DNA of 63,952 nucleotides, counting the filler, from Candidatus Omnitrophota bacterium (GTDB lineage Bacteria > Omnitrophota > Gorgyraeia > JAGLLT01), in NCBI GenBank assembly GCA_023140385.1. It is 4 parts of 4 records of this genome, joined end to end, with 100 filler letters (N's around TTAATTAATTAA, not from the genome) between each part and the next. Parts side by side here need not be neighbours in the genome. Positions count along the whole stretch, not along the records: positions 36,063 to 59,088 come from JAGLLT010000032.1; 3 more parts are not named here. The stretch is one strand, 5' to 3'. The notes below the pieces were generated by a model. It ran no database searches. It had not been told where the DNA came from and was given only the letters and a program-made list of their open reading frames with translations. A program made the translations under genes and the position numbers. Below are positions 43,324 through 52,743 of the stretch, in pieces. Position 1 is the first letter of the stretch, and the number at the start of each line of letters is the position of its first letter.

Positions 43324-43332
43324 AGGACGTCT

Positions 43333-45627
43333 ATGGTAAAGAAAATTTCAATTATATTAACTATACTTTTACTGTTTTTGTCGGGCTCTGCGGCCTTTGC
43401 TAAGGTCGGGATAGAGTGGGTCTTCGGCATTGAGAAGGCGAAAATTCTCGCTGATGAGAGCGGCAAAAAAATGATGGTCTTTGCCGGGACAGAGTGGGAT
43501 GATTTATCCCGCTTACTGTTAGAAGGGCCTCTTCAGGATAAAGAAGTTGTTAAGCTTTCGAAGAAGTTTGTCTGCCTGCGGGTGTCTATGCTTGATAAAA
43601 CCTTTTTAAAAGAAATTGAGGTCAAGCAGTTTCCTTCCGTTGTGTTTTTAGAGATGGATGCCAAAGGCCTGTCTGAGATAGACCGGATTACCGGCCTGGA
43701 GGAAAGCGGTTTTATCGCGCGGACGATGAAGAACGTTATCAGCGGGAAAAATACCATTTCCGGCCTGAAAAAGATGGCGGAGGACGGCTCCATTAAGGCG
43801 CTCCCCAAAGATAAGCAGATAGATGCCCTCACAATTTTGGGTAGAACGATGTTAAAGCGGGGAAAACTTTATGAGGCAAAAGAATATTATATCCGGCTTC
43901 AGACCATTGACGATAACAACAAAGAGAGCCATCAGCAAAAGATAGATTATATAAGAGCGCTGATATATATCGCGCAAAAAAGAACCGGCGATGCTATTTT
44001 AATTCTGGAAAAGCTGGAAGGCGCTGACGTCTGCTTTGAACTTATCAAATGCCGGATGGCGGATAATGAGGCCGTCAAAGCGCTGGCTTTGATTGACAAA
44101 TTTATAAACACTTATCCGGAAGATGAGCGCTTACCCTTTTTAACGGAGTCAGCGGCCGGATATTATTTTAAGACAGGGCGTTTTAAAAAAGGGCTGGATC
44201 TCTATATCAACTTATTAACGCTCTACCCGGATACCTCTTATGCCGGGCGCGCCCGGGGCATAATTGATACACTGCTGGCCTGGCCTCCCAGGCGCCAACA
44301 GCTTTTTTTAAGGAGGGAGAGAGAGAAGTTTGTAATTATAGCTCCTGATATAAAGACCTATCTTTATCACATATCTATGTGGACGGACGAAAAGATATAT
44401 CCGGTTTTGATAGAAGGTTCTCCTCTGAATGACAAGTTTATTGAGGCATATATGCCGGTGGAGGTCAGGAAGGTCGAACCGGTTATTTTGCCGGGCTCAA
44501 TTAATGAAGGGATGCTTTACCGCGCGCTTTATACCAGCTGGACAGATGATGATTTGCTGACGGCCATCACAAAAAATTACGGCAAGAAAGATATTAAGAA
44601 CTATTTTGAGAAGAAAAATCACATACCCTTAGGTATTGTCTTGATCGATGTCAAGAGCGGAGAGATGGCCGGCGGGCTGGCGCTCGCTTCAGCCAGGACG
44701 CAGGCGCTTGACTTCCTGCCTTATATCGAGAAGAATAAGAGGGTAGTTGGTATGGTAAAGATGAACTCTTTAAAGGACAAGGTAAGCAAAGTTATAAAAG
44801 GCTGGGGCTATCCCTATGAAGGTTTTTTGGACGGGATAGACTACATTACTATTGCCGGTGATTTTCCTTATGCCTATGACTATTATCAGACTACCAGCCC
44901 CGGACGTTATGCCGTAGACGACCTTCTCGGAAGAGATAAAGATAGCGAGCGCTGTGCCTATGTCGGCAGGCTGGTGGGCGGCTGGAATGAGTCTGTCTAT
45001 CAGGCAATGTGCAGTCTGTTTTTACAGCCGAAAAACGCGCTTTTTTTTAACTCATACGCGAACAACGGAACCTGGCGCGATTACAGAACGGATACGGCCG
45101 GCCGTATGCTCTCAAACGTATTTGAGGTAACCAACATTGATAATGACAAAGCAACCTTAAAAAGGTGGAAGATTTTAACAGAATCAGAAGGCAATGTTTA
45201 TGATTTAATTTTTATGAATTCGTCAGGCGGCGCCAGGGATTGGAACTTATCGGGAAGCCAGGGCAAGGTTGAGGACATACCGGAGTCTGTCCCGGCTGTT
45301 GTTTTATATACACACTCAACCTCGGCGGCCGACCCCTATAATGAAACCACCATCTGCGGACGCTGGCTGAAAAACGGCGCCTATATCTATTTTGGGTCGG
45401 TTAATGAGCCTTATGTTCAGGCTTTTAAAACGCCCAATGAAATTGTTAGTGATTTACTGTTCGGCCGGACATTTTCCCGTAGTTTGCGGAAAAATACGGG
45501 TTTATGGTCTTCCCCTTGGCGCTTGATGTACATCGGTGACCCCATGTATTCACTTACGCCGGTTCGGATTAAGGCGGAAGGAGGGGGCAATATTCAGGAA
45601 GCGCCGGAGGCCTTTGAAGAGAGATGA
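43333..45627 (+). CDS. Secreted thioredoxin-like/TPR/C-terminal clan-CD-like domain protein
   Basis: Signal peptide; thioredoxin fold lacking CxxC; TPR-like helices; C-terminal GAYIYFGSVNEPY...YIGDPMY. Confidence 0.75.
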   Translation: MVKKISIILTILLLFLSGSAAFAKVGIEWVFGIEKAKILADESGKKMMVFAGTEWDDLSRLLLEGPLQDKEVVKLSKKFVCLRVSMLDKTFLKEIEVKQFPSVVFLEMDAKGLSEIDRITGLEESGFIARTMKNVISGKNTISGLKKMAEDGSIKALPKDKQIDALTILGRTMLKRGKLYEAKEYYIRLQTIDDNNKESHQQKIDYIRALIYIAQKRTGDAILILEKLEGADVCFELIKCRMADNEAVKALALIDKFINTYPEDERLPFLTESAAGYYFKTGRFKKGLDLYINLLTLYPDTSYAGRARGIIDTLLAWPPRRQQLFLRREREKFVIIAPDIKTYLYHISMWTDEKIYPVLIEGSPLNDKFIEAYMPVEVRKVEPVILPGSINEGMLYRALYTSWTDDDLLTAITKNYGKKDIKNYFEKKNHIPLGIVLIDVKSGEMAGGLALASARTQALDFLPYIEKNKRVVGMVKMNSLKDKVSKVIKGWGYPYEGFLDGIDYITIAGDFPYAYDYYQTTSPGRYAVDDLLGRDKDSERCAYVGRLVGGWNESVYQAMCSLFLQPKNALFFNSYANNGTWRDYRTDTAGRMLSNVFEVTNIDNDKATLKRWKILTESEGNVYDLIFMNSSGGARDWNLSGSQGKVEDIPESVPAVVLYTHSTSAADPYNETTICGRWLKNGAYIYFGSVNEPYVQAFKTPNEIVSDLLFGRTFSRSLRKNTGLWSSPWRLMYIGDPMYSLTPVRIKAEGGGNIQEAPEAFEER

Positions 45628-47045
45628 AAGGACTACTGCATAAAAGAGAGATTTTTGTTTTTACGCTGGTGGCAATGGACACAGTCATCATCACCTTAAC
45701 CTTTGCCGCCGCCCTCTGGCTGAGAAGTAGTCTTAATATATTCGGCAGGGAGCCGCTGATACTTGATCCGGTTAAGTACAAACTGCTTTATCCGGTTCTT
45801 TTGTTCAGCTGGCTGACAATTTTGTCCATTATGCGCCAGTATGAGCCCCGCCGCAGATGGGATACGTCTCATATTATTTTTTCAATAACCGTCGCTGTTA
45901 CAATAGGCGCCCTGCTTCTTTTAGCTTTTAGCTATGGTGTCTATCGGATGGAATTTTCGCGGCTGGTGATAATTTATCTCTGGCTGACGGGCATATTTCT
46001 TTTGGTTTTGTCGCGTTTCGCGGTAAGAACTATTTTAAGGGTCTTTTATAAAAGGAACATTGCCATACGGGGCGTGATTATTAAGGGCTTTGGCGAGGCG
46101 GCCAGAAAGCTCGCCGCGGATTATAAAAAAAACCCCGAAATGCTTTTTAAGCTGGACGGTTTTATTGTAGACAAAGATGAGAAACTAACCGACCGGGATA
46201 AAAAGGACGCCGGGGAGCTTTCAGCAAACGGCATACTGGGAACCTCTGATAAACTCATCGAGATAGTCAAGGAAGAAGGTTCCAGTTATCTCATTTTAAC
46301 CGGCCAACTCCCGCCTAAAGAAAAGTTGAACGAGATTTTTGAGGTCTTTGGGGCGTTAAGTGTGGATGTCAAGGTTGTCCCCAGCTTATATGAACTCGGG
46401 CCGGGTTTTCTGGACTTTGATGAGATAGGAACGGTTCCCATCATCGGCCTCAGAAGAATTCCTATGAGGGGTTGGGAGGCGGTAGGGAAGAGAGCAATTG
46501 ATGTTATCGGCTCGCTACTCGGATTAGTAATTTTATCACCATTATTTCTGGCTGTAGCCATAGCTATAAAAAAAGAATCCGGGGACGCTGTTTTCTTTAT
46601 TCAAAAAAGGATGGGGCAGTTCGCGGAGCCGTTTATGATGTTCAAATTCAGGACTATGGAAATAGACGCGGATAAAGGCCCGTCCATGACGGCCAAAAAT
46701 GATATACGTATTACAAAAACCGGCCAGTTCTTAAGAAAGAGTTCAATAGATGAGCTCCCACAGCTTATAAATGTTTTTTTAGGGCATATGTCTTTGGTGG
46801 GGCCGAGGCCGGATGCCTACGAGTTTCTTAAGAGCTACTCCCACTGGGACAAGAGACGGCTTTGTCTGAGGCCGGGCCTAACCGGATTGGCGCAGGCACA
46901 GGGTGTGCGGGGCGGCGGCTCCACTCTATCTAAGGACAAGACAAAGCTTGACATAGAATATATGCAAAATCAGACTCTCTTGCTGGATATTAAAATTTTA
47001 GTTAAGACAATTTTTTCAGTACTATTTCACAAGGAGGCATATTGA
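45624..47045 (+). CDS. Polyprenyl-phosphate priming glycosyltransferase (WcaJ/CpsE-like)
   Basis: N-terminal TMs, KRAIDV, F.MFKFRTM, D.RIT..G.FLRKSSIDELPQL.NV..G.MSLVGPRP. Confidence 0.94.
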   Translation: MKGLLHKREIFVFTLVAMDTVIITLTFAAALWLRSSLNIFGREPLILDPVKYKLLYPVLLFSWLTILSIMRQYEPRRRWDTSHIIFSITVAVTIGALLLLAFSYGVYRMEFSRLVIIYLWLTGIFLLVLSRFAVRTILRVFYKRNIAIRGVIIKGFGEAARKLAADYKKNPEMLFKLDGFIVDKDEKLTDRDKKDAGELSANGILGTSDKLIEIVKEEGSSYLILTGQLPPKEKLNEIFEVFGALSVDVKVVPSLYELGPGFLDFDEIGTVPIIGLRRIPMRGWEAVGKRAIDVIGSLLGLVILSPLFLAVAIAIKKESGDAVFFIQKRMGQFAEPFMMFKFRTMEIDADKGPSMTAKNDIRITKTGQFLRKSSIDELPQLINVFLGHMSLVGPRPDAYEFLKSYSHWDKRRLCLRPGLTGLAQAQGVRGGGSTLSKDKTKLDIEYMQNQTLLLDIKILVKTIFSVLFHKEAY

Positions 47046-47320
47046 TGAAAAATTTAGAATACGCGGACAATCGTGTTTTGCCGGACACGGGTAAAAGCCG
47101 GCAAATGTTAAGGTGCCCGGCGTGCGGCAAGCCTATTCTTATTGATGATGGCGAGAAATGGAAGCTTAAGACCAGGATTGTAATTTTTCTAAATGATAAG
47201 ACGCTGGCTAAGTGTAAGTACTGCCGCAATGACGTTCAAGTGCCCGTAGAATTTAATCGGGAAGCGCTAATTAACGGTGACTTTAATCAGAGCGGGAAAG
47301 AACTGGCTATTGAGCCTTAA
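47042..47320 (+). CDS. Small zinc-ribbon protein
   Basis: CPAC...CKYC pairs, AGGAGG RBS, overlaps the upstream stop. Confidence 0.7.
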   Translation: MMKNLEYADNRVLPDTGKSRQMLRCPACGKPILIDDGEKWKLKTRIVIFLNDKTLAKCKYCRNDVQVPVEFNREALINGDFNQSGKELAIEP

Positions 47321-47363
47321 AATAGAAGGCAGAAAATTCCTCTATAAAAACAAAATGTTTTAC

Positions 47364-47391
47364 TTGACAAAATTCTTTGCGGGTGTAATAT
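47364..47391 (+). promoter_or_regulatory. Putative sigma70 promoter of the PEP-CTERM array
   Basis: TTGACA-16 nt-TAATAT in an AT-rich intergenic region. Confidence 0.5.
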
Positions 47392-47469
47392 GAATATATA
47401 AGACTGTCTTTACCGGCAGGATATATTATTTAATACTTATCATATAATTTAATTACAAGCAAACAAAAA

Positions 47470-48216
47470 ATGGGGGTAATAATGATGAAAAAGCTAATGT
47501 TGGTTTTAGGTGTATTGATGGCTGTTATGACGCTGTCAACGGCGGCGCAGGCTACGCCTTTTGTGAACCCGCCGGAGACAAACGCGCCAGTATGGGGAAC
47601 TTCATATCCGTATCAAAGGAATATGTACTGGGATTTTGCGACTCAACCCATAACGCCCGTATATAGCGGTTACGATGATCCTTGTTTAATTTACTGTGAT
47701 ACTTTTGATATGTCAGGCGATGTTATGTGGTATGATACTCTACCCGGTATTAACAGGACGGGATTTTTGGGTATTGATAATCGAGAAGGCGACACCTTAA
47801 AAACAGGGCAGATTGTTTTTCACATTAATAACCACGAAAGAGATTATGAGATAAAGCATCTCTGGAAAGAGATTGAGTTTTATGAGCATGACCTGATTCA
47901 ACCTATTAGCTCGATCCAGGAATCTATGGTTCTTGATGCCGGTTACAGTGTAATAGACTCGCAAGAGGTTATTATTAAGATGTTAGCTGACAACTTTAAA
48001 AGGTACAACGTCTGGTACGAGATTGCTCCTAATCCGTACTGGGAGGAAGTTGTCTTTACATTTTTTGTCGAACCGGGCACCTATGCCGTAATTGATACGC
48101 TTCATATCGCCACAGAATGTGTTCCCATACCGGAACCAATGACTATGATACTTCTCGGCAGTTTGGCTACCGGACTTTTTGGCGCGGCAGGTATTAGAAA
48201 AAAGTACAGCAGGTAA
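47470..48216 (+). CDS. PEP-CTERM sorting domain protein 1
   Basis: Signal peptide; tail IPEPMTMILLGSLATGLFGAAGIRKK; similar to protein 3. Confidence 0.92.
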   Translation: MGVIMMKKLMLVLGVLMAVMTLSTAAQATPFVNPPETNAPVWGTSYPYQRNMYWDFATQPITPVYSGYDDPCLIYCDTFDMSGDVMWYDTLPGINRTGFLGIDNREGDTLKTGQIVFHINNHERDYEIKHLWKEIEFYEHDLIQPISSIQESMVLDAGYSVIDSQEVIIKMLADNFKRYNVWYEIAPNPYWEEVVFTFFVEPGTYAVIDTLHIATECVPIPEPMTMILLGSLATGLFGAAGIRKKYSR

Positions 48217-48240
48217 CGGGAAAGAGGTAATATTATACCT

Positions 48241-48615
48241 ATGAAAAGATACCTTATTACTTTATTAGTAGTAAGCGGAGTTCTTTTCGCCTTTTGGGGA
48301 GCGGCTGAAGCGGGAATTATATCGGGTGAGTCCAATTTTAGCGTTTTCCTTAAAGCGGGTGGCATGGCCATATTGGAAAACGAAGAGCCTTCTACCCTGA
48401 TTGATGACGGAGAAAGGCCTTATCTCGCCGCCCCGGTTTCTCAGTTTGATCCGGAATGGGGAAGTAACGCGGGCGGCAAGCCGATTGGAGATTGGTTTGA
48501 CGGTGAAATGGATGGAGCCCCTGAAGTACCCGAACCGGCCACTATGATTATGCTGGGCAGTTTAGCTGCAGGTTTATTCGGCGCGGCAGGTATTAAAAAG
48601 AGAGGATTGTTTTAA
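48241..48615 (+). CDS. PEP-CTERM sorting domain protein 2
   Basis: Signal peptide; tail VPEPATMIMLGSLAAGLFGAAGIKKR. Confidence 0.9.
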   Translation: MKRYLITLLVVSGVLFAFWGAAEAGIISGESNFSVFLKAGGMAILENEEPSTLIDDGERPYLAAPVSQFDPEWGSNAGGKPIGDWFDGEMDGAPEVPEPATMIMLGSLAAGLFGAAGIKKRGLF

Positions 48616-48647
48616 CAAAGCCAATTAAAATAAGGAGGCGTTATCTT

Positions 48648-49379
48648 ATGAGAAATAAATGTTTATGTATTGGCTTCCTTCTTTTAACTCTGATTTTTAC
48701 GGCTAATGTTGTTTACGCCTTACCCTTCATTAATCCACCGGAGGTTTATGCTCCCGGCTGGCAGACTCAATTTCCATATCAACGTAACATATATTGGGAT
48801 TTTAGCATAGCCCCTCAAGGCGGCCCAAGTCCAAATGGAACGCCTGGAGCTCATTACGAAGGATACGCGGATCCCTGTCTCAAGTGTTCTGATTTTGTAG
48901 GTTTAATAGGTGATGTTGTATGGAATCCCTACCTTGGAGCTATTGGTGTTGAAGGATATGGCAGTACCGGTGGGGCAATTTTTCATTTAGATAATTTCCT
49001 GGAACCCCAGCCCGTTAAACATATCTACCTTGAAGCAACGATTATTAATTCAAACCTTGATTTTCCTACAGCCGGTTGGGGGCCTCCAAGGATATCAGTC
49101 CCTTCCGGCTATGAAGAAAACAAAAGCTACTGGGGTCATTGTTGGACGCCTGCGGGAGGAGATAGGTGGCTGCTTAATATGTGGTTTGAGGTTTTGCCTA
49201 ACCCTCCATGGGAAGATATTATTTTACCCTTCTCTTTGGATTTAGGTAGCTGTGAATACGTTTGGATAGATGATCTGCATATTGCCACTGAATGTATTCC
49301 CGAACCCGCTACTATGATTCTTTTAGGCAGTTTAGCTGCCGGATTATTTGGTACAGCAGGATTTAGGAAGAAGAAATAG
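48648..49379 (+). CDS. PEP-CTERM sorting domain protein 3
   Basis: PF.NPPE..AP.W...PYQRN.YWDF and LHIATEC shared with protein 1; PEP tail. Confidence 0.92.
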   Translation: MRNKCLCIGFLLLTLIFTANVVYALPFINPPEVYAPGWQTQFPYQRNIYWDFSIAPQGGPSPNGTPGAHYEGYADPCLKCSDFVGLIGDVVWNPYLGAIGVEGYGSTGGAIFHLDNFLEPQPVKHIYLEATIINSNLDFPTAGWGPPRISVPSGYEENKSYWGHCWTPAGGDRWLLNMWFEVLPNPPWEDIILPFSLDLGSCEYVWIDDLHIATECIPEPATMILLGSLAAGLFGTAGFRKKK

Positions 49380-49435
49380 AATAAAATTCGAGTTTTAAGT
49401 TAACATAAAAGCGTAAAAAAAAGGAGAAGACACCG

Positions 49436-50179
49436 ATGAGAAAAATTTTAAGTTTAATAGTTGCTGTCCTGCTGTTTGCGGGATATACGGGGACTGTATC
49501 CGCGGCCACGCATCATTACGAGTTTGATTCTGTAAATGATACCTTTGTATCACAAGAGAATCCTCTGGCAAACTACGATAGCAATGACCTTGAAGTAGGA
49601 GATGACTATTACCGCATCGAGAGAGATTATTACGACTATTTCCGCACTTATGTTGGCTGGAGCAGTACGGACATAGCCAGCATAGTGGCCGATACGATTA
49701 CCAATGCCTATATTCGGCTTTATGCTTTTGGCTACAACGATTTGGATGGCACTTCGTCAAATAATTATGTTACCGCTTATCAGGTTACTTCAGCATGGAG
49801 TGAGAGCGGTCTGAACTGGAGCACTCAGCCTGGGATAATAACATCGCCTATAGTTGCTAACACCTTAATTACCGGTGCCCCGAGTTATTATATGTGGGAT
49901 GTGACTGTTTTGACAACCAGCTGGTGGGATAATAGCGCGGGCAATTACGGTGTTATGTTAGGCGCTGATATGCCAACTAATGATGAGGTATGGGTAAAGT
50001 TTTATGACTATACCGAGGGATTTGCTGATTACAGGCCTAAGCTTATCATTGATACTTATAAAGAAGATCCTCCGCCGCCTCCCCCAATACCGGAGCCGGC
50101 AACTATGATAATGCTGGGCAGTTTGGCTACCGGCCTTTTTGGTATGGCAGGTATAAAGAAAAGGCTTTTTAAGAGATAA
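49436..50179 (+). CDS. PEP-CTERM protein 4, DNRLRE/CBM96-like domain
   Basis: DTFVSQ.NP..NY, VTSAWSES.LNW..QP, WDVT, NYGVML, RPKL.I; Pro linker; PEP tail. Confidence 0.88.
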   Translation: MRKILSLIVAVLLFAGYTGTVSAATHHYEFDSVNDTFVSQENPLANYDSNDLEVGDDYYRIERDYYDYFRTYVGWSSTDIASIVADTITNAYIRLYAFGYNDLDGTSSNNYVTAYQVTSAWSESGLNWSTQPGIITSPIVANTLITGAPSYYMWDVTVLTTSWWDNSAGNYGVMLGADMPTNDEVWVKFYDYTEGFADYRPKLIIDTYKEDPPPPPPIPEPATMIMLGSLATGLFGMAGIKKRLFKR

Positions 50180-50192
50180 GAGTATATATATT

Positions 50193-50984
50193 ATGAAAAC
50201 AAGAATTAAACAACTCATTTTTGGATTGATGCTCGCGGGGTTCATCGCGGCGGTATTTGCCATAAATACCGCGTCAGCCTCAAAGTGGTATCAGCCTGTT
50301 GATTTACAAAATGGCGTTGATGTTTCATCATACTATTTGACAGGTGATGAGAGAAGCCAGGTGGCGGCTGATGATTGGATTTGCGATGACGCGGCAACTA
50401 TCACCAATATTACCTGGTGGGGCGCCTATAGCGGTTATAACGGTTCATCGGCGCCGACAAATCAGATATCAAGCTTTTGGTTTGCTATATATTCAGATGT
50501 TTCGGCTGACTCTGAAAGAGAAGTAATGCCCTGGAGCCATCCGGATGCTCATCAGGTGGTCTGGAGCGCGTCAATAGATGATGTCAATGAAACTTACTTC
50601 GGTGAGCAGGAGTTGGCAGGGCAGAGCGCCTTTAAGTATAGCATTACTCTTGATAATCCATTTCAGCAGGTAGAAGGCACTACGTATTGGCTGGCAATCT
50701 GGGCCGGTATGGATGATGCCGCGAGCCATACTTGGGGCTGGAAGACAACAGCTCTTGAGCACAACTGGAATGACGCCGCGGTAACTTCAAGCAATTTTGT
50801 CTACTGGGATGATATTTATTATGAATACGGCCACCCCTACGAGGGTGAACGCGTTAACTTAGCCTTTATCTTAAATGACGACGGTGAAGAAATCCCCGAA
50901 CCAGCCACCCTAATCCTCTTAGGAAGCCTAGCAACCGGACTATTCGGCACGGCAGGAATGAAAAGAAGGTTTGCAAAAAAGTAG
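50193..50984 (+). CDS. PEP-CTERM sorting domain protein 5
   Basis: Signal peptide; AADDW.C, ITWWG.Y, YWLAI, WGWKT; tail IPEPATLILLGSLATGLFG. Confidence 0.92.
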   Translation: MKTRIKQLIFGLMLAGFIAAVFAINTASASKWYQPVDLQNGVDVSSYYLTGDERSQVAADDWICDDAATITNITWWGAYSGYNGSSAPTNQISSFWFAIYSDVSADSEREVMPWSHPDAHQVVWSASIDDVNETYFGEQELAGQSAFKYSITLDNPFQQVEGTTYWLAIWAGMDDAASHTWGWKTTALEHNWNDAAVTSSNFVYWDDIYYEYGHPYEGERVNLAFILNDDGEEIPEPATLILLGSLATGLFGTAGMKRRFAKK

Positions 50985-51035
50985 TTATTACGGCATATGA
51001 TATACTACCTTTTAATATAGTAGTTTATTTCTATA

Positions 51036-51063
51036 TAACCACTGTCCCACCTCGTAGGTGGGA
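51036..51063. repeat. REP palindrome copy 3
   Basis: taaccactgTCCCACCT-CGT-AGGTGGGA. Confidence 0.88.
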
Positions 51064-51112
51064 TTTGTTTTAGAATTGGCGCGGGGTAAGTACAATTAGG
51101 AGAACATGAGCA

Positions 51113-51895
51113 ATGAAGAAAATATTATTGGTAGGCCTGGGTTTTCTATGCCTGGGATTGATTTTTAGCGCGAGTAGCGCTCATGCCGTATCTACTTCTT
51201 TTGGGGAGGCATATATAGACTGGGGCACTATGGAGTTCTCGGGAATATCAATTATGTGGTTAGAGCAAGGCAGTTATTCAGATGCTTATGTTTATGCGGC
51301 AACCGAGCTAGGAGATGTTGATGACGGTGATGGCGATTGGTTGGACGCGTGGACAGATACCAGTGCTCAGGCATCAGTATCTGGCGCGGAAAGTAGTGCC
51401 TGGACAAGCGATACCCAATTAGGCGCGACAGTGAGTTTGGCACCGGATGGCATTAATACAGATTTTGCGTATGGTGAGGCTGGCGCGGAGTACTATGGGG
51501 AGTTAGTAGCATTGGAGGATGGATTCCTGTGTTTTTCAGTCGATTACTTTATTTCACAAAATTTAAGCGCCCCGTGCCCGGATGATTGGGCGGAGAGTTG
51601 GGTGTCGGTAGGAGCAGAGTTATCCAGCTACAATGGCGATCAGGATGAGAGATGGCTTGAGAATTACGTTGAGGATGGAGAGAGCGGATATTGGGACGAT
51701 AGCGGTACGTTAACAGTTTCGCTATGGTTTAATGAAGGGGATGAAGCTATATTTTACGCTTGGGCAGACTGTGAAGGATGCGCGTATTCCGAATATTGCG
51801 AAGAAATCCCCGAACCGGCAACCATGCTACTTCTCGGTAGTTTAGCCACCGGATTATTCAGCATGGCTAGTTTGAGAAGAAAATTCAAAAGATAA
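51113..51895 (+). CDS. PEP-CTERM sorting domain protein 6 (very acidic)
   Basis: Signal peptide; D/E/W-rich body; tail IPEPATMLLLGSLATGLFSMASLRRK; REP on both sides. Confidence 0.92.
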   Translation: MKKILLVGLGFLCLGLIFSASSAHAVSTSFGEAYIDWGTMEFSGISIMWLEQGSYSDAYVYAATELGDVDDGDGDWLDAWTDTSAQASVSGAESSAWTSDTQLGATVSLAPDGINTDFAYGEAGAEYYGELVALEDGFLCFSVDYFISQNLSAPCPDDWAESWVSVGAELSSYNGDQDERWLENYVEDGESGYWDDSGTLTVSLWFNEGDEAIFYAWADCEGCAYSEYCEEIPEPATMLLLGSLATGLFSMASLRRKFKR

Positions 51896-51904
51896 GCACC
51901 CCCA

Positions 51905-52010
51905 ACCCTTGTCCCACCTACGAGGTGGGACAAGGGTCATTCTTAAAAAGATAATTATTTTTTGTCTTTTTTTTAAGCACCACTGTCCCACCTCGTAGGT
52001 GGGACGATAG
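51905..52010. repeat. REP palindrome copies 4 and 5 upstream of the RAYT gene
   Basis: ACCCTTGTCCCACCT-ACG-AGGTGGGACAAGGGT (51905-51937) and GTCCCACCT-CGT-AGGTGGGAC (51985-52005). Confidence 0.9.
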
Positions 52011-52033
52011 GAAAAAAAGGAGACTGTTATAAA

Positions 52034-52699
52034 ATGTCTAAAAATTACCCTATAGAAGGGAGCGTTTACCACGTTTTTAACAAAAGTATTGCGGGTTATG
52101 AAATATTCAATAATATCGTCGAGTTTTCTCGCATGTTAAATACTATAAGATATTACCAGATTGAGAATCCGTCTACAAAATTTTCTAAATTTATTAAAGT
52201 GAATTCAGATTATAGCAAGAGAATTAAAGAGTTACTTCCTGAATCCGATCAGGGGAGACTCGTGAAGATAGTTGCCTATTGTATTATGCCCACCCACGTT
52301 CATTTAATATTAAAACAATTGCAAGATGATGGAATTTCAAATTTTACAAGTAATATATTTAATAGTTATACTCGCTATTTTAATATAAAATATAACAGAA
52401 AAGGTCCTTTATGGGAAGGTAGGTCAAAGAGGGTGTTAGTTGAATCTGATGAGCAATTGATTCACTTGACAAGATATGTGCATTTAAATCCAGTAACCGC
52501 GTATTTAGTTGATATTCCTGAACAATGGCATACCTCATCTTATGATGAATATCTATCTAACATTGAAAGGGAAGAAGACAAAATTTGCGAATTTGATGAG
52601 CTTTTAGATATAGACCCTATGTCATATAAAGAATTTGTAGCCGATCAAATATCATATCAGAGAGAATTAAAGTCGATAAAAAAACTATGTCTTGAATAA
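52034..52699 (+). mobile_element. REP-associated tyrosine transposase (RAYT/TnpA-REP, Y1 HUH family)
   Basis: YHVFN, AYCIMPTHVHL (HUH), GPLWEGR, RYVHLNPV (catalytic Tyr), W..SSY; flanked by REP palindromes. Confidence 0.92.
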
Positions 52700-52700
52700 G

Positions 52701-52743
52701 AAGTAACCATTGTCCCACCTGCGAGGTGGGACAATGGTTACTT
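52701..52743. repeat. REP palindrome copy 6 downstream of the RAYT gene
   Basis: AAGTAACCATTGTCCCACCT-GCG-AGGTGGGACAATGGTTACTT, perfect 20-bp stem. Confidence 0.92.

Noticed and set aside
52034..52699. IS200/IS605 element with TnpB
   Set aside because: No tnpB. The protein is longer than IS200 TnpA, has the RAYT-type NPV/W.SS tail, and is flanked by multicopy palindromes.
37160..52743. Palindromic repeats as a CRISPR array or integron attC sites
   Set aside because: Irregular spacing with whole genes between copies, no cas genes or tyrosine integrase, no GTTRRRY cores; the adjacent RAYT explains them.
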